Below, in pieces: positions 58,773 to 64,000 of a stretch of DNA of 64,000 nt (position 1 is its first letter; every line of letters begins with the position of its first letter). The notes beneath the pieces were generated by a model. That model was given only the letters and a program-made list of their open reading frames with translations. It made no database searches and was not told where the DNA came from. The DNA lies in assembly GCA_040285855.1 (NCBI GenBank), contig JAUFOQ010000017.1, positions 868,001-932,000 of the forward strand, given 5' to 3'. The DNA is from Eukaryota sp. GEM-RC1 (taxonomy: Eukaryota). A program made the position numbers and the translations under genes.

Positions 58773-61247
58773 ATGGTATGACCATCGATCAACTTACTTC
58801 AGCTTATATTCGACTCTTCTGACTCTGAAAACGATCTTGCTCAATACTCCTCCCTCAGTATTGCTCCCCAAGAAGAAGTGAAAGCTCACAGTAACGTTCG
58901 ATTCGTCCAAGAGCTTGAACCCATCCCTGTTTATCTGTTTTCAATGCGGGATGATGTCTCACTAATTCCCGATTACATTTCCCTTCTCAAAAAAAGCATT
59001 CCTTCTGATCATCCCTTCATTTCTGTAGATTCAGAATGGAGACACAATACATTGGATGTGATACAACTTGGAACTCCCTCAATTTGCATGGTCATTCAGA
59101 TCCATGGAATTACTGCTTTACATCATGACATTAGTGATTTATTGACTAATCCCAATGTCGTGAAAGTGTTTAAAGCCAAATCCGAAGACGTCACACGAAT
59201 CAAGAAATCCTGGGGAGTTGATGTGGTATCTGTTTACGATGTTCAGCCTTACTTTCAAGACATTGGAAGGATTTACGCCAGCAAAGTAGGGAAGGGAAGG
59301 TCTGAATTGGGTGACTTCTCCCATCCACTTTCAACGTTTGCTGCTCATGGCTACACGTTACTCTGTACAAAGGGTAAAGGTGTTACGATGAGTAATTGGA
59401 GTACCGAAATCCTTAGTGAGAAACAGATCGAATATGCTGCTCTTGACGCTTTCTGGATCGCCTTCAACTATTATCTCAAGATATCCAACATGATTACTGA
59501 GGATCCTCACAAACATACTTGTGTTTTCTTCTCCGACTCCTCACCAACGCAAGTTCCTGAACATCCTTTCCAGACTACTCTACTTTTGTCTACTCGATCT
59601 ACTTCATGGTTAGGTACTTTAAAACCGTTCTGTTGTGATATTCATTATGCTCACAATGTTCTGGAAAAGAACTTTGATGAGAAGACTAAATCCACTCAAA
59701 AATCACTATCTAAATCTCTACGTTCTTTTGCTTCTGTTCTTTTCAATATTCTCTCTCATCCTTTTAACTCTAGTTATGTTCAAAGTCTACAACCATCAAA
59801 CGATTTCTCTTTCTTCTTTGAAAAACGTGACACTACAGTTACTTCTATCGTAAACTTGTGTGTTAGAATTCTACTTCCACTGTTATCTAATCAGGATGTA
59901 TTGATTTCGTTTACTGCCCTGAAGTTTCCTCAGAAGTATCCTTTGTATATTCTTTCAGTTGCATTTAATCTTCTGGCTCTTGCTGTTGATTCTTCATCAT
60001 TAGTTAGTGTTGAACAACTTACAGTAACCAAGGAAATGCTGTCTGGTAAGGTTATTTGTGGTGTTTTAGATCAGGCGATTGAGACAAAATTGATGCATAT
60101 TTGGACTAAAATACCTAAAATTTGTCCTGTTTGTTCAGATCTTCCTAATGCTAGTTACTTTAGTGTTACTGCTTCTAAAAGTAATAGTGGCCTTGCAATT
60201 CAGGCCCTATTAAACTCAATTTCTTCAACAAATCCGAGAGTTACAGTCTTTGCAAGATCTGTAGTTTCAGTAATTGATCAAATTATTTTGGCTTCTAATA
60301 GTGTTATTTTAAATTTTGCAGCTGGAATTGACCGTGTAGTTCCACCTCTTTTACAGAATTTACTTTCCAATAACGTCATTTCTAAAGACTTCGTTGGACT
60401 TTCTTGTACTCCTCAAGACGTGGCTGATTTCTTCTTCTTACAGAACTTTGTCAATGTTGTTGATCGATCTATTTTAGTGCCAAGTTCAGTTTTAGACTTA
60501 GTTAATTCAGAATTCAATGAAAGAACAGCAAACTGGGCTAAACTTTCATCACATATTGTTTCAGAATTTCATCAAATTCCAGTTTTTTCTTCACTGGAAC
60601 CTGTTGTTAGTCTGACGTTTATTCTTCATTACTTTTTCCAAAGTACTGATTCTAATCTACAGTGTCAATCTTTTACTAGAAGTCTTGCCAACAGAATGCA
60701 TCCTGCTCCTGAATCAGAACTTCTGGTAAGTGCGCATGAAGAGGTTTCTTCCAAAACGGAAAAACAGAAAAGTATGATTACAATTGTACCATACAATTCT
60801 GCTTTCAATCAAGATGACGTTCTGTATCACAGTCATCTTCTTGGATTGGTTGCTCTAACTTCTTCAAACAAGTCATCACATTGGCTACCTCTCTATTGGT
60901 TCATTGACGAGAAGTTCGTGACCCCATCTTTACTGCAAACTTTGAATTTATTCAAAAGATTTAAATTGTGTGCTGGTCTAAATGTACGACACCTCGAAGG
61001 CCACCCTGTTCAAATTAAAATTTGGTTTAAGAAATTATCTGAATTGTTGGCGATGGAACTTTTGTTTGTTAAGGATGATACTTTTGGACAGGACCTTTTG
61101 TCCGTAGAGTTTCATAAGAGTACTGCATCAGCATTTGAGGAACTTGGAACCTTAATTAGAGAGAAGAAGATGTCAATGCATGTTACAAAACCTAATCAAA
61201 GTAATGAACAAAATGCTCCAAGTATTCGTTCTGTTGATGTCTTGTGA
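58773..61247 (+). CDS. DEDDy exonuclease family, copy 5 (intact); 27-nt intron 58776-58802
   Basis: Uninterrupted ORF with VDSEW, KAKSED, YAALDA; ATG|gtatga...cag|CTTATATTC in frame. Confidence 0.9.
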
Positions 61248-61699
61248 GGTCCAGCTTTGTCAGCATTATCGATAGTAGAATGTATATTCTTCATGTTACT
61301 AGTGTACTACAAATTGACATGATTGTACAATTTTCTTTATTCATGTGTTACTTTACGCATATAATGTAGTTATCTTCTTTGTAATTCATAAAATGTATTT
61401 AATATTCTTTTTCTTAATGGAATTTCATGACTATGATATCAGTGTTGTGTTTCTGACATTGAATGTATCAGAATGTTGAGCATGTCAGTTGAACTAATAC
61501 ACAGACTTCCCTATATTGAATGTGCTCATTTTGGTACAAATGTAGTGCTACAAGCAGGGATTCTTCTAGAATCATTTTCTTTGTGATTCTGATCGTATTA
61601 TCTTCCTTCACCATCCTTCTTGGATTTCATTGAGATTGCTCTTGAAAACCATTATCTCGAATCTTTGTACATTATCCAATTTGTCTAACTTAACCCTTA

Positions 61700-63534
61700 A
61701 TGTCTTTTCTAGTCTGTCGGTCAGTGGTATCATTGACATCCAAACAATTACACATACTAGAATTGATCCAGGCCTGTGCTGATACCAATGTCATTTTTCT
61801 CCTCAACTATGTTACAGAATACGTTGCCTCCACCTTCGACGTCTACTCTTTCCTAGCATTTGATCAACCTCTAAAACTCTACCTAGCTCACTCATCACAT
61901 ACACAGCTGAATAAAACATCAAAGTTCATCTCTCAAAATGGCCAGGACTCATTGTCAAGAACTCCTCCTTCTCTGAAATGACCCCTCTACTACTGAAAGG
62001 TTTCATAGATTCGCTCCTTCAACGATCTCTGCTATCCCAAAACTTCTCTCTACTTGACTCTACTTGGGTCTCGTCGTTCTCCTCTACTTGGGGGTTCTCC
62101 TTGTCCGTTCAATCTATTGACAGCTCTCTACCTCTTGAATCCAATGACGTTTCCATTTCACTTTTGATCACTCCTAAATCAATATCCATTTCACCATTCA
62201 CTCTTCCCAAGTCCATTCTTTCTGCTTTGTCTGCTTCAACTTCCCCAGTCTTCTGTCCTGGAGACGATGGGTTTGGCATACCCTGTAAGGTACTGCCTGC
62301 AATGACTCAAGCCTTTGTTGTTGCTGTTTGTAGAGAAAAAGTGGAATCAAGTGAAAATAGCTTGGATCCAATAATAACTGAATTTTCAATTTCTGACATT
62401 CGACATTTAATTATGTACTGGAAATTAATTCATAAAATTTCAGTTCCGGTGGATACTTTGTTTGCTGTAGCTAAGGTAGTGTTTCATCAATCATCTCAGG
62501 CGCTGACGTATCCACTTTCCTGTTTGGTTTCACCACAATCAATCAAACCTTATGATGGAAATTTCCAAGTCTCACAGCTACTTGAATCCATTGCCAAGGT
62601 GCTACCAATCAAAATCAGCTCAAAAATAGGTCAAAATTCTACGAATTCGTGGTCAAGTGCAAAACAAATTTCCTCATCGAGTACTTCCGAATTAATTTCC
62701 TTTTCTAAAGCTTCTGGATTTACATCTGCTAGAAAGAAACTTAGTAATGAGTCTGTTTCAGAAAAGAAATCTGTTGCTGATGATTATTCACATGATGATT
62801 CTAGTGAAAGTTTTAAAAATGCTGAAATTACCCACCAAATCGATGATTTTGATAGCCTTCCTAATCCAGAATCACCGTCCATTCCACAAGAAGTCGTCAG
62901 AAGTCAAGCTCCGACACCTGTCACTACTGAGCCTTTGTCTGGTTTACGAGGATTAATGTACAGAAAACAGCAAGAAGCTCTGGTTAAGCCAATCAAACCA
63001 GTTAAAAACCCCACACAAAAAGAGTCCAAAATCACCATGCCAGTCACTAACAAAACCAGACCCTTGATTCCAAAGAAGATCGCACCTCCAATCAAGAAGA
63101 AGAATGTGGAAAGTACATCAAATGATTCCGTCAATGATGTTGAAGAATCAATTACTACCGATTCTCTTCCAAAGTCACCACCTTCTGATCAACTCATACT
63201 CAAGAGTTTCCTTCAAGGTTTAGGATCTCTCCAGTGCTTTTGTCGAAGTTCGATCGTGGAGAGTAGTGCTAGTAAAAGTAAGAGTAAAAGTAGTAATGCT
63301 AGTAAAAGTAGTGGTCGTCCAAAAGCAGAGAAGGTTTCGAAATCAAAGGCTACTGTCACCACAGCACCCTCTGTATCAGTTACTATAGAAGAAGTTAAGA
63401 AACTGATTAGTACGGGTAAGTTGGAGAAGTATACAATTGCCCAGCTGAAGGCTATTCTCAAAGACTTTGGTCTTAAAGTTGGTGGGAAAAAGGCAGAATT
63501 GTTGGGTAGAATTACGGAATATACTGGTGTATAA
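61700..63534 (+). CDS. Protein with a C-terminal SAP domain; middle region resembles C18orf63/DUF4708
   Basis: KYTIAQLKAILKDFGLKVGGKKAELLGRI (SAP); CKVLP...YWK...TYPLSC recalls DUF4708 (from memory, unverified). The 5' end is uncertain and 61700-61981 is joined by a frameshift. Confidence 0.6.
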
Positions 63535-64000
63535 CTTTTTGATTCTGCATATCGACATTCAAATTGGTCGATTTCATTTTATTGATTTTTGTTATAATCC
63601 TTTTATGTATTTCAGTTCCATGTGCATTGAATATTGAGAAAGTACAATTACACTGTTGGAAATTGGTTCAGCTATGGTCAATACCAAAATGATTGGTGTT
63701 TATATCTAGCAGTGCTTGATTTTGACACTTTCCATCATTGATTGAAGTTGTTTTCAGAATATTAATTTTTTGTAATATGTCTTTGGGAGTTAAAGAACAG
63801 ATCAAATGATTCAATTATTTTGTGTTCTTTGATAGGCTTTTACGAGATGTCAGACTCAATTAGTTTTAGATTGTTATTATTACCTGTTTTTTTGATTGAA
63901 TCAAGTATTTTCTTTTAAATAAATCAAAGTGTATTTGTAACAAATAACTAAATATCGATAACCTAATTCCCGTCGACACAATCCTTATGTTTCCATCCAT

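Overview
AT-rich eukaryotic DNA, probably from a protist (compact genes, 26-34 nt spliceosomal introns, Sec23, TRM5). Many genes are split by 1-bp indels in homopolymer runs, which looks like long-read assembly error and/or decay, so several ORF-track pieces are merged here. The window has two parts. (1) About 1-22 kb is an accessory, mobile-looking block with no recognisable housekeeping genes. It holds a Ulp1/C48 protease interrupted by a hAT derivative and an ~8.1-kb minus-strand polyprotein (6x51-aa repeats, a 2A ribosome-skipping motif, a CCHC knuckle, a DEAH helicase, a degenerate DEAD-box HELICc). It also holds a USP/C19 deubiquitinase, a ~1.6-kb patchwork of short fragments copied from those same genes, a PIF1 helicase, a two-variant 15-bp minisatellite and a G-run terminus-like motif. 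(2) About 22-64 kb is host-like: a membrane protein gene with an intron, an Hsp70-fold gene, a BTB-SPRY gene, two inverted near-identical Sec23 genes, TRM5 and a SAP-domain gene. It also has five mosaic paralogues of a DEDDy 3'-5' exonuclease (four with an intron directly after the ATG) and three small TIR elements with intact TSDs (one MULE-like, two hAT-like). All family calls come from motif recognition by eye; no database search was run.
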